Shown here piece by piece: positions 25,610 through 34,868 of a stretch of DNA of 64,000 nucleotides. How positions within the stretch are numbered: the first letter of the stretch is position 1; each line of letters opens with the position of its first letter. The notes under the pieces are model-generated. The model saw only the letters and a list, made by a program, of their open reading frames with translations, did not search any database and was not told the DNA's origin. The stretch comes from Candidatus Woesearchaeota archaeon (GTDB taxonomy: Archaea; Nanobdellota; Nanobdellia; Woesearchaeales; JAAOYA01): assembly GCA_018221105.1 (NCBI GenBank), contig JAAOYA010000008.1, forward strand, positions 192,648-256,647. The letters are read 5' to 3'. Position numbers and translations under genes: made by a program.

Positions 25610-27850
25610 ATGAGTTATGAATTACTAATTACTGAAAAGCCAAGTGCTGCACAAAAAATTGCTACAGCGCTAGCAGACACTAAACCAACCAGAAAAGGTG
25701 ATAAAGGAGTCTATTATTATGAATTAAAACATAATAAAAAAAATCTTATTGTAACTTGTGCTGTTGGTCACTTGTATACTGTTGCAGAAAAGAACAAGTC
25801 AAAAGGTTGGACTTATCCTGTTTTTGAAACTGAATGGTTAGAAAGCTCAAAAGCCAATAAGGCAAGCGCTTTTACAGCAAAATATTTGAATACCATAAAA
25901 AAACTTGCAAAAAACGCTAGTTCTTTTATTGTCGCTACAGACTATGATATTGAAGGTGAAGTAATAGGTTATAACGTAATAAAATATGCTTGCAAGCAAA
26001 AAGATGCAAAAAGAATGAAGTATTCTACTTTAACAAAAGACGAGCTTATTAGTTCTTTTGAAAATGTTTCAAAACATTTAATTTGGGGTCAAGTACATGC
26101 TGGTGTGACACGCCACGAACTTGACTGGATTTATGGCATTAATCTTTCTCGTGCTCTTTCACAATCAATAAAAGCTGGTGGTGGAGGATTTAAGATTTTA
26201 AGTAGTGGTCGTGTTCAAGGACCTGCACTTAAAATAATTGTTGATAAAGAAAAAGATATTAAGGCTTTTATTCCAACTCCTTACTGGCAGATTCCTCTTG
26301 AGGGCGAAAGAGTTAAAGAAAATTTTGTTGCAATGCACCAAACTGAAAAATTTGAAGATCAAAAAATTGCAAAAAAAGTTTATGATGCTGTAAAAAATCA
26401 AAAGACTGCTGATGTTGCAAACATTAAAAAGAATCAGTTTAAACAAAATCCTCCAACACCATTTGACCTTACATCATTACAATTAGAAGCTCACAGAACT
26501 TTAGGTATTGCGCCAAAGCAAACGTTAGATATCGCGCAAAAATTGTATATTGATGGTTTAATTTCTTATCCTAGAACATCATCGCAAAAACTTCCGCAAA
26601 GCTTGGGTTTTAAAAAGATTTTAGAAAAGCTTTCAAAGCAAGCTGAGTTCAAAAAAGAAACTGCTAAACTTTTAGCGCTACCTGCACTAAAACCTAATGA
26701 AGGCAAAAAAATTGATGACGCCCACCCTGCAATTTATCCTACTGGCCAAGCAAAAAAATTAGATGGTCGTGACAATTCAATGTACGAGCTTATTGTTAGA
26801 AGGTTCTTTGCAGTATTTGGCGAGCCAGCAACTCGTGAAACAATGACTGTGACATTAGATGTTAAAAAAGAACCTTTTATTGTCAAAGGCACTAGAACTA
26901 TTGATCCTGGATGGCACGAGTATTATGGTCGTTTTGTACAACAAAAAGATGAAGAATTGCCAGGTTTTGTTGAAGGTGAAAGTGTTACTGTTAACAAAAT
27001 TTCTTTTGATAAAAAAATGACTAAGCCACCGAACCGTTATACTGCGGCTTCAATTATCAAAGAATTAGAGAAAAGAAATCTTGGAACAAAAGCCACAAGA
27101 GCTCAAATTGTAGAAAATTTATATGATAGAGGTTATGTAAATGATAAGTCTATTGAAGCTACAGAACTCGGAATTAAAACTTATGATATTTTAGTAAAAT
27201 ATAGTCCAGAAATACTTGATGAAAAACTAACAAGACATTTTGAAGATGAAATGGAACTTATAAAAAAAGAAAAATCAACTCCTACAAAAGTTCTTGATCA
27301 CGCAAAAGAAGTTCTGACCAAAGTATTGAAAGATTTTAAGGCTAAAGAAAAAGAAATTGGCAAAGAATTAGCCGCCGCTAATAAAGAAACTATTAATGAA
27401 GCCACTAATCTTGGAAAGTGCCCAGAGTGCAAAAAAGGTGATTTGCAAATTAGAAGAGGAAAATTTGGAAATTTTGTTGCTTGCAACAAATACCCTGATT
27501 GTAAAACAACTTATGGTTTGCCTGGTGGCGCAAAGTTTAGACCTGCAAAGAAAATGTGTGAGGAGTGCAGTCTTCCAATGATTGTTGCTATGAGAGCTAG
27601 AAAAAAACCAATGGAGCTTTGTATTAATCCTAAGTGTCCTTCTAGAGAGCCTACTGATCCTGAAGTTTTAAAAGAAGAACGAGAGCTAGAAAAAAAGATT
27701 GTTGAAAAAGAATGTCCAAAGTGTGGTGAGCCATTAATTGTTAGAAGCAGTTTGTATGGTAAATTTTTAGGTTGTAGTAAATTTCCAAAATGTCGCCATA
27801 CTGAACGATTGCAGGATGGCCCTCTAAAAGAGGACTTTAAAAAGAAATAG
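25610..27850 (+). CDS. topA: DNA topoisomerase I (type IA) with C-terminal zinc ribbons
   Basis: Toprim N-terminus (LLITEKPSAA...VATDYDIEGE), catalytic-region motifs (GLISYPRTSSQKL), three C-terminal CxxC...CxxC zinc ribbons. 746 aa. Confidence 0.9.
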   Translation: MSYELLITEKPSAAQKIATALADTKPTRKGDKGVYYYELKHNKKNLIVTCAVGHLYTVAEKNKSKGWTYPVFETEWLESSKANKASAFTAKYLNTIKKLAKNASSFIVATDYDIEGEVIGYNVIKYACKQKDAKRMKYSTLTKDELISSFENVSKHLIWGQVHAGVTRHELDWIYGINLSRALSQSIKAGGGGFKILSSGRVQGPALKIIVDKEKDIKAFIPTPYWQIPLEGERVKENFVAMHQTEKFEDQKIAKKVYDAVKNQKTADVANIKKNQFKQNPPTPFDLTSLQLEAHRTLGIAPKQTLDIAQKLYIDGLISYPRTSSQKLPQSLGFKKILEKLSKQAEFKKETAKLLALPALKPNEGKKIDDAHPAIYPTGQAKKLDGRDNSMYELIVRRFFAVFGEPATRETMTVTLDVKKEPFIVKGTRTIDPGWHEYYGRFVQQKDEELPGFVEGESVTVNKISFDKKMTKPPNRYTAASIIKELEKRNLGTKATRAQIVENLYDRGYVNDKSIEATELGIKTYDILVKYSPEILDEKLTRHFEDEMELIKKEKSTPTKVLDHAKEVLTKVLKDFKAKEKEIGKELAAANKETINEATNLGKCPECKKGDLQIRRGKFGNFVACNKYPDCKTTYGLPGGAKFRPAKKMCEECSLPMIVAMRARKKPMELCINPKCPSREPTDPEVLKEERELEKKIVEKECPKCGEPLIVRSSLYGKFLGCSKFPKCRHTERLQDGPLKEDFKKK

Positions 27851-27893
27851 GTATTCTCGAGAAAAGCTTAATATATAGTTAAAAATTTTCTTA

Positions 27894-29636
27894 TTGATGA
27901 AAAAATTATTAGTTTTGCTACTATTGGTTTGTTTTTTTGCTTTTGATGTTTTTGCAATTCATAATACTATTCCTTTACTTGCAGTAAGCCAACAAAATGG
28001 CAATCTTAGTGGTAGTGTTGCAAGTCTCACATTAGAGGTTGTGCCTGGCAGTGGCAGGGTGTTTATTGACACTTTTCCACTTTCAAAAATTGACACTCAA
28101 ATCACTACTCGTTTTGCAAAAGAAATAGCTTGTGAGCTAACTTCAAAAAATTGTGATAGGCTAGATTTTATTTATACTCTAAGAGCTAATAGTGCTATTG
28201 TTGGAGGTCCTAGTGCTGGCGCTGCAACAACTGTATTAACAACTGCTTTGCTAGAAGATTTGGTTGTGAGCCATGATGTTGCAATCACTGGAACTATAAA
28301 CTCAGGAGGTCTTATTGGTGTTGTTAGCGGTTTAGAAGAAAAGATTGATGCTGCAGCAAATGCTGGTTTGAAAGTTGTTTTAGTGCCAACAACTACTGTT
28401 AAAAAAATTGATAATTCTACTGTTGACTTAGTAGCTTATGGAATATTGCAAGGCGTCAAAGTTATCAAAGTTGAAACTATTGAAGAGGCATTATATTATA
28501 TTACTGGGAAAAATTTTTCAAAATCTGTAAATGTTACTGTTAGCGAGCGTTATAATACTATCATGAAGGGTTTAGCTGGACAATTGTGTAATAGAACAAA
28601 ATTATTGTTAATTGAAAATGTTGAAAATCTTACTGGCAATGATACTAACAATACCAATATTATTGTTGTAGAAAGTGCTAAAGAACTTTATGATAAGGGT
28701 GTTGTGCAGTATGAATTAAATAATTTTTATTCTAGTGCAAGTTTTTGTTTTGGTGCTAACACTAGATTTGCGCAAGTAAATATTAGTTTGCAAAACTTTA
28801 GTGTAGAACAAAAAAATGAGTATGTTAACGAGTTGCATGATAAAATAAAATTTTTTAATGATCAAATAAGTAATCGTCCAATTGAGACTATTGCTGACTT
28901 GCAAGCTTTTATGATTACAAAAGAACGATTATTGCAGGCTGAAAGCACTCTTAAAGATGAGTTTGATTCAGAAATCGTTAATCCTATTAATTTAGCTTAT
29001 GCTACTGAAAGGTATTATTCTGCCCTTAGTTGGAGTAGTTTTTTTGGTAGTGGTCATCAAAAGATTAATATTGACCCTGTTAGTCTTGAGTTGTCTTGTC
29101 GTAATAAAATTGGCGAGGCTGAACAGCGACTACAATATTTACAATTGTTACTTCCTAACATGTTGCAATCTACAAGAGATGAAATTGATTATGCTTATGC
29201 TGATTTAAGGCGTGATGATTTTGCTTTGTGTTTGTTTAAGGCGTCTAAAGCTAAAGCAGAAGTTGATGTTGTTTTAGGATCTCAAGGTAATGTTAGCGAA
29301 CTTGCAAAGCGTAAAATTGCTGCTGCTGCAAAAGTTATTGCAAGAGAGCAAGAAAAAGGTTTGTTTCCAATTGTTGGCTTTAGTTATTTTGAATATGCTA
29401 ATACTTTAGTTGATACTGATCCTAGTTCTGCTCTTTTGTATGCTGAATATTCTTTGGAACTTAGCGATATGAGTCATTATTTTAAAAAAAGAAATTCAAC
29501 ATTAACTAGAATTGTTGATGTTGAATTGTTGAAGGTTTTTGTTGCAGGACTTTTTTTTGGTGCTCTGTTTATGTTGATTATTAGAAAATCAAAAAATGTT
29601 TCTAGTTCTAAAAAACTATCTAAAAAAAGAAAGTGA
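27894..29636 (+). CDS. exported/membrane-anchored Lon-like S16 peptidase-domain protein (no AAA+ module)
   Basis: Signal peptide MMKKLLVLLLLVCFFAFDVFA. Lon proteolytic domain with GPSAGAATT (Ser) and AAANAGLKVVLVP (Lys). C-terminal TM anchor LLKVFVAGLFFGALFMLII followed by a basic tail. 580 aa. Confidence 0.6.
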   Translation: MMKKLLVLLLLVCFFAFDVFAIHNTIPLLAVSQQNGNLSGSVASLTLEVVPGSGRVFIDTFPLSKIDTQITTRFAKEIACELTSKNCDRLDFIYTLRANSAIVGGPSAGAATTVLTTALLEDLVVSHDVAITGTINSGGLIGVVSGLEEKIDAAANAGLKVVLVPTTTVKKIDNSTVDLVAYGILQGVKVIKVETIEEALYYITGKNFSKSVNVTVSERYNTIMKGLAGQLCNRTKLLLIENVENLTGNDTNNTNIIVVESAKELYDKGVVQYELNNFYSSASFCFGANTRFAQVNISLQNFSVEQKNEYVNELHDKIKFFNDQISNRPIETIADLQAFMITKERLLQAESTLKDEFDSEIVNPINLAYATERYYSALSWSSFFGSGHQKINIDPVSLELSCRNKIGEAEQRLQYLQLLLPNMLQSTRDEIDYAYADLRRDDFALCLFKASKAKAEVDVVLGSQGNVSELAKRKIAAAAKVIAREQEKGLFPIVGFSYFEYANTLVDTDPSSALLYAEYSLELSDMSHYFKKRNSTLTRIVDVELLKVFVAGLFFGALFMLIIRKSKNVSSSKKLSKKRK

Positions 29637-29849
29637 TTGTGATTAAAACCCTGGCAAGAACCGCCCATCAAAAGCGTTGATGTTAGGTTCTTGCTGGGGA
29701 AAAAGAGGTGACAGTGAAAACTGTTTTGACTACTCCAAAATAGTATTAACTCATATATAAACTTTTCGTTATTTAAGCATTCTACAGTAGTAACAAAATA
29801 TAGTTTCTAGTATATATTTTTAAATAAAACATCAACCTTTATACCAACT

Positions 29850-30389
29850 ATGAAATGTAAAAAATGCAATCGACACACAACAGTAAAACTTTCACACGCA
29901 ACATTTTGCACTAGTTGCTTTAACAAAATAATAGAAAGCAGAACACGAAAAACAATACGATTAAACAAACTAATAAACAAAAGAAAAAATATAGTTTATT
30001 ACGATGACAGTAAAAAAGCAAAAGTATTACTTTATATTTTAGAAAAGACTTTCAAAAATCAACCCTTCATCTTTAAAAAAACCAATAAATTAACAAAAGG
30101 CGTTTTACTCGCGTGGTCAACAGATGATGAAAACAAATATTTTTTAGAACAATTAACAACAAAAAATAAGTACAAACTACTGGGCCATAACCATTACAAA
30201 AAACCACTATTAAATATTACAGACCAAGAACTACTCGCATACGCCAAAATTAAAAATATCACAGCAAAAAAAACAAAAAAAGAGTCAACCGCGCAAGAAA
30301 AATTTTTAGATTTTGTAGAAGCAAAACATCCAGGATCAAAATTCGCACTTCTAAATAGTACAAAAAAATTAAAAGCTATACTAAAATGA
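29850..30389 (+). CDS. basic protein with N-terminal zinc ribbon, function unknown
   Basis: CKKCNRHT...CTSC near the N-terminus. Very K-rich. 179 aa. ATGA overlap with the downstream PLD gene. Confidence 0.35.
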   Translation: MKCKKCNRHTTVKLSHATFCTSCFNKIIESRTRKTIRLNKLINKRKNIVYYDDSKKAKVLLYILEKTFKNQPFIFKKTNKLTKGVLLAWSTDDENKYFLEQLTTKNKYKLLGHNHYKKPLLNITDQELLAYAKIKNITAKKTKKESTAQEKFLDFVEAKHPGSKFALLNSTKKLKAILK

Positions 30390-31324
30390 AAAAAATACTT
30401 TTTATGCTTTTATTAACATTAACTTTTTATGGTTGTACACAACAAAATGTTATAATACAAAAATCAATTCCTGTTGAAATTGGCCCTCCAATAAAAACTT
30501 ATTTTTGTCCGCGAGACAATTGTTCAGCACAATTAATAAATTTAATAGAAAAGTCTAGTCGCGTTGACTGCGCGTTTTATGATTTAAACATACCAAAACT
30601 AATTGACGCTCTAGAAAACGCTAACGCTCGAATCATAGTAGATAACAGAAACACAGAAGATATACAAACTCTAAACTATAAAACTGACAAGTCAAGCGCC
30701 CTAATGCATAACAAATTTTGCATCTTAGATGAAGTTGTCTGGACTGGGTCTTTCAATCCAACAATCAATGGTGACACAAAAAACAATAATAATGTGATAG
30801 TTATTGATAGTCCAACTCTTGCAATGAACTATCGAGAAGAATTCAGCGAGATGTGGTCTGACAATTGGTACAATGGTGGACGGCAAGTGCGCACAAAAAC
30901 AATAAAGTATAACAATGCAACGATTGTTAATTTATTCTGTCCTGAAGATGATTGCACGCCAACAATTTATCAACTACTAAAAAATGCCAAGCACAGCATT
31001 TACTGGATGATATTCTCATTTACTGATGACTCAATAGGCAGTTTAATCTATTACAAAAATGTAACAAAAAAAGGAGTTTTTGACTCTCAACAAGCAGGTA
31101 GTCAATACTCAGAATATCAAAAACTGAAAGAATTCTCAATCAAAGACACAAACAAGGGTTTAATGCATCATAAAGTGTTTATTATTGACGAAAAAACTAT
31201 TGTTACTGGAAGTTACAATCCGACAAAAAATGCAAATGAAAGAAATGATGAAAACATACTAATAATTCATGATACAAACATTGTAAAAGAGTATTTAGAA
31301 GAATTTAACACCTTATTCTCGTAA
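30386..31324 (+). CDS. phospholipase D-family (two-HKD motif) lipoprotein, Nuc-like
   Basis: Lipobox-like LTFYGC. Two HKD motifs HNKFCILDEVVWTGSFNPT and HHKVFIIDEKTIVTGSYNPT. 312 aa. Confidence 0.7.
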   Translation: MKKILFMLLLTLTFYGCTQQNVIIQKSIPVEIGPPIKTYFCPRDNCSAQLINLIEKSSRVDCAFYDLNIPKLIDALENANARIIVDNRNTEDIQTLNYKTDKSSALMHNKFCILDEVVWTGSFNPTINGDTKNNNNVIVIDSPTLAMNYREEFSEMWSDNWYNGGRQVRTKTIKYNNATIVNLFCPEDDCTPTIYQLLKNAKHSIYWMIFSFTDDSIGSLIYYKNVTKKGVFDSQQAGSQYSEYQKLKEFSIKDTNKGLMHHKVFIIDEKTIVTGSYNPTKNANERNDENILIIHDTNIVKEYLEEFNTLFS

Positions 31325-31356
31325 AACTTATAAACCAGCAACAACCTTTTCTTATC

Positions 31357-31788
31357 ATGAAAAAAAGAGGTCAAACAGCAATGGAATACTTAATAATTGT
31401 TGGTTTCATGCTAGCAATCACTATTCCAATGATAATAATAAGCTATGATAGTTCTTCAGACACTCGTGACACTATTAACATAAACCAAGCGCGTAAAGTA
31501 GCTAAAAAAATTGTAGACAATGCAGAAGCAGTATATTACTTAGGAGAACCCTCTCGTACAACATTAGATGTTTATTTTCCAACAAATATTGATAGCATAC
31601 TTATCACTAATAAAGAAGTTAATCTAAGAGTTATAATAAAAGGCGGAAGATTTGTTGATGTCAGCGAGAACACCGCAATAAATCTCACTGGATCAATTAA
31701 TGAAAGTTTTGGTCGCAAAACAATTCTTGTAGAATCAAAAGGCAGCTATGTTAATATCACACAGTGTAGCTCTAGCACAACATGCTAA
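31357..31788 (+). CDS. archaeal type IV pilin-like protein (class III signal peptide)
   Basis: MKKRGQTAMEYLIIVGFMLAITIPM has basic residues, then G followed by Q at +1, then a hydrophobic helix (DUF361-type pilin N-terminus). Confidence 0.6.
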   Translation: MKKRGQTAMEYLIIVGFMLAITIPMIIISYDSSSDTRDTININQARKVAKKIVDNAEAVYYLGEPSRTTLDVYFPTNIDSILITNKEVNLRVIIKGGRFVDVSENTAINLTGSINESFGRKTILVESKGSYVNITQCSSSTTC

Positions 31789-32192
31789 AAAAAACAAAAT
31801 TAAAAAAAGAGGGACAAGTAGCTTTCGAGTTTTTAATACTAGTAAGTTTTTTGTTTATTATGTTCACACTGTTTGTTTACGCAATATCAGCAAATATGTC
31901 ACGCCAAAATGATGTTGAAGAATATCTTGGAATGAAAGATTACGCTTTTACAGTGCAACAAGAAATTCGAAATGCTGCATTCTCACTTGAAGGCTATCAA
32001 AGAACATTTCACATACCAGAAAAAATAGGTCAAGAAAATTATAGTATAAATATCACAGGTGATGAAGTATATTTAGAACTTGAAACCTACGCTAACACAT
32101 ACACTGTATACATTCCAAGAGTTAATGGCACAATACAAAAAGGTTGGAATACAATACGAAAAGAAAACGGAAGCATTTATTTGAATATTTAA
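31782..32192 (+). CDS. archaeal type IV pilin-like protein (class III signal peptide)
   Basis: MLKKTKLKKEGQVAFEFLILVSFLFIMF. Overlaps the upstream pilin gene by 7 nt. Confidence 0.6.
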   Translation: MLKKTKLKKEGQVAFEFLILVSFLFIMFTLFVYAISANMSRQNDVEEYLGMKDYAFTVQQEIRNAAFSLEGYQRTFHIPEKIGQENYSINITGDEVYLELETYANTYTVYIPRVNGTIQKGWNTIRKENGSIYLNI

Positions 32193-32193
32193 A

Positions 32194-33342
32194 ATGTTTA
32201 AAAGAAAAAAATCACAAGTATGGTATATTGATTTTGTAATAGCATTAGTAATTTTTAGTATTATGTTCATAACATACTTTATTTTTTTAGAGTCAGTAGC
32301 ACAAGAAAAAGATATACTGATGCTTGAATTGTTAAATGATGGAAAAGTCATTAGCAATCAATTAATGAGTGCGGGACACCCAACAAACTGGACAAATGAT
32401 AGTGTGCTAGTGCCAGGGCTGACTAATGGCAACATGCGAATTAACGAAACAAAACTATTTAGATTTTTTAATATGAGTTATAATCAAACACGTGAAGCGT
32501 TAAGAACACAATACCATTATTATATTATTTTAAAAAATCGCAATGGGACAGTAATGTCAATTAATGGTATGTGCGGTCTTGGAAATCCATTAATAATCAA
32601 TGAGTCAGGCAATGAAATAAAACTATCGTATGTATATCACGATCAATCAGGAACTGAATTATTAGATAACATGCAAGACTTAGCATTAAGCCTTAATGTC
32701 ACACTGGACATTTTCGAGTGGAAGAATGGCGATGACAGTTTTAAAAACTTTTTAGCAAATAATATGAGCGCTTATGATCATGTTGTTTTTGAACATCCAA
32801 AAAAAGCTTTTAGTGAAAAAACAGCTTTTGAAGGTAATATTAGCGAGTTCAATGGAACAGTATTCTTATCAGGAGAATTAGGTTCTGATGGAACAATACT
32901 AAATGTTGATCACACAGGAGCTAGTTGTAATGCTATAGATGTTAAAAATGTTACAGTAATAAAAAGAGATCCACTGTTAGATTTATCCATTGGCGATATT
33001 CTTGACCCTCAAAATAATTGCAACTATATCGAAGGCGCGAGCGAAGTAATAGCAGAATATAAAAGGTTTAAGCTTGGAAGTCCTTTACCCAGCAAGCCAG
33101 CAATAGTAAAATGGCCTTATGGCAACGCAGATGTGTATTACTTTACTCATTTTGAAGCAGAGTATTTAGGCGATGAAAACCTTTACCAGCAACTTGTTCA
33201 AGATGGAATAGAACAATACGTAAATGATTGCACAGTAAGATTGAAAGTTGATACTAGTCCAACAAACAATCTTGTAAGAATTAATCGTTTTTTAATTTAT
33301 AAATCGCAAATTATCAATATGGGGTTATACATATGGATATAA
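32194..33342 (+). CDS. large pilin-like/pilus-associated protein with N-terminal hydrophobic anchor
   Basis: MFKRKKSQVWYIDFVIALVIFSIMFITYFIFL is atypical but a class-III-like N-terminus. 382 aa with many N-x-S/T sequons. Confidence 0.4.
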   Translation: MFKRKKSQVWYIDFVIALVIFSIMFITYFIFLESVAQEKDILMLELLNDGKVISNQLMSAGHPTNWTNDSVLVPGLTNGNMRINETKLFRFFNMSYNQTREALRTQYHYYIILKNRNGTVMSINGMCGLGNPLIINESGNEIKLSYVYHDQSGTELLDNMQDLALSLNVTLDIFEWKNGDDSFKNFLANNMSAYDHVVFEHPKKAFSEKTAFEGNISEFNGTVFLSGELGSDGTILNVDHTGASCNAIDVKNVTVIKRDPLLDLSIGDILDPQNNCNYIEGASEVIAEYKRFKLGSPLPSKPAIVKWPYGNADVYYFTHFEAEYLGDENLYQQLVQDGIEQYVNDCTVRLKVDTSPTNNLVRINRFLIYKSQIINMGLYIWI

Positions 33343-33854
33343 AAAAACAAAAAAAAGGAGTTGTATTCGTACCGGACGCCCTAATGGGCGCTGCAATAAT
33401 AATAGCTACAATGATACTGCTCTCAACAATTTATGTTGATGACCCACCACCATCACAAGTTTACAACGTTGCATATGACATAATTAATGTTTTTTCATCA
33501 ATGCGAGTTGGTGAAGTTACAGATGAATACTCTCAAGAATTAATAACTAATGGCACAATACCTAGCGCCAACCTAGAAAAAACTATTATTGAACAATTAA
33601 CGATTTTTTGGCTTGATAATGAAGACGATTACGCAGAAAATTTTGCAATGAACCAATTAGATAAAATAATACCTGAAATATACAATGTTGGAGTGTATAT
33701 TGAAAGTGAAAAAATTTATGAGTCTAATAATATAGTCAGCAATCAAACATTAGTAGTTGCAAAACAACCAGTATCTATTATAACAACAGAACCTAGCACA
33801 GGACTTACGAAAATGGAGGGCCCTTTTATGGCAGAAGTTAGGGTATACCAGTAA
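33333..33854 (+). CDS. pilin-like protein (class III-like signal peptide)
   Basis: MDIKKQKKGVVFVPDALMGAAIIIATMILL. 173 aa. Overlaps the upstream gene by 10 nt. Confidence 0.4.
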   Translation: MDIKKQKKGVVFVPDALMGAAIIIATMILLSTIYVDDPPPSQVYNVAYDIINVFSSMRVGEVTDEYSQELITNGTIPSANLEKTIIEQLTIFWLDNEDDYAENFAMNQLDKIIPEIYNVGVYIESEKIYESNNIVSNQTLVVAKQPVSIITTEPSTGLTKMEGPFMAEVRVYQ

Positions 33855-33855
33855 A

Positions 33856-34818
33856 TTGAATAAAAAAGCAGTTTTTTTCACACTAATCGCAATTTTTATG
33901 GCATCATACTTAGTTTTTTCACTAAAGGCCTACTCTGTCTATTCTAATGCTGAATCAGCAAGAGTTATCAACATCAAAGTTGTTAGCACAGATACTTTTA
34001 TCAGATTTTTTGAACGTGACATAAGTTATGGAGGCCAAGTAGCATTACATCGAGCAGTAGAGACATTAATTATTGAAATAGACCAAAATGGTTATTTATC
34101 GGCTTCAACAGCAGAAGGTTTGCTTGCTGAATTAATAGAATATGGAACTTTGAGTAGTACTCCAAAAATTTTAATGGAAAACCACACAATTGTCAATTGG
34201 GTTGACAAGCTAAAAATTAACTCTGAAAACATGAACATTAATTTAGCTTATGATATTGTTTCAGTAAAAGTCAACCAAAGCAATCCATGGTATTTAGATT
34301 TACACTTACACTTAAAACTCAATGTTAGCGATTATGAAAACACTTCAAAATGGATTAAAGACTACACAATTTTAACACAATTACCAGTAAATGGCCTAAA
34401 AGATCCATTTTACGTTGAAGAAACAAACGGAGCAATCAATCAAACAATACAACAAAGTATTTCAGAAGGTGATTATGGCAATACAACAGATCACAGCCCA
34501 TTTTTGACGCACTTAGAAGATGGAAGATATGCTATTTTTGATGACGCGCCAAGCTATATTCAAAGACTTGAAGGCGATTTTACAACCGGCAGCGATTATG
34601 GTATTGAAAGCATCATTAACAAATCACGATTGTCTGACACGGGCTCAACAATAAGCAATGTTGACTACTTGTACTGGCCGTCAACTGCTACAAATGCAGT
34701 AACAATAAAAACTGGCGGATCCTGTGATATTTTTCCATCATGGTTATTTTTAGATACTGATCAAACAAACACATCAGGTGTTAATCACAAACAAAAATAT
34801 AATGTGGTTGACTGTTAA
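33856..34818 (+). CDS. pilus-associated protein with N-terminal TM anchor
   Basis: MNKKAVFFTLIAIFMASYLVFSL. 320 aa. Starts 2 nt after the previous stop. Confidence 0.35.
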   Translation: MNKKAVFFTLIAIFMASYLVFSLKAYSVYSNAESARVINIKVVSTDTFIRFFERDISYGGQVALHRAVETLIIEIDQNGYLSASTAEGLLAELIEYGTLSSTPKILMENHTIVNWVDKLKINSENMNINLAYDIVSVKVNQSNPWYLDLHLHLKLNVSDYENTSKWIKDYTILTQLPVNGLKDPFYVEETNGAINQTIQQSISEGDYGNTTDHSPFLTHLEDGRYAIFDDAPSYIQRLEGDFTTGSDYGIESIINKSRLSDTGSTISNVDYLYWPSTATNAVTIKTGGSCDIFPSWLFLDTDQTNTSGVNHKQKYNVVDC

Positions 34819-34868
34819 TAGAAAGGTTTTTATACCAATCAAATAGTAATTTTATTGAGGAAGAGGTC

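Noticed and set aside
29649-29699. Hairpin considered as H/ACA or C/D box guide RNA
   Set aside because: No pseudouridylation pocket of adequate size, no ACA trinucleotide 3' of the stem, and no C (RUGAUGA)/D (CUGA) boxes. Kept only as an unexplained structured element.
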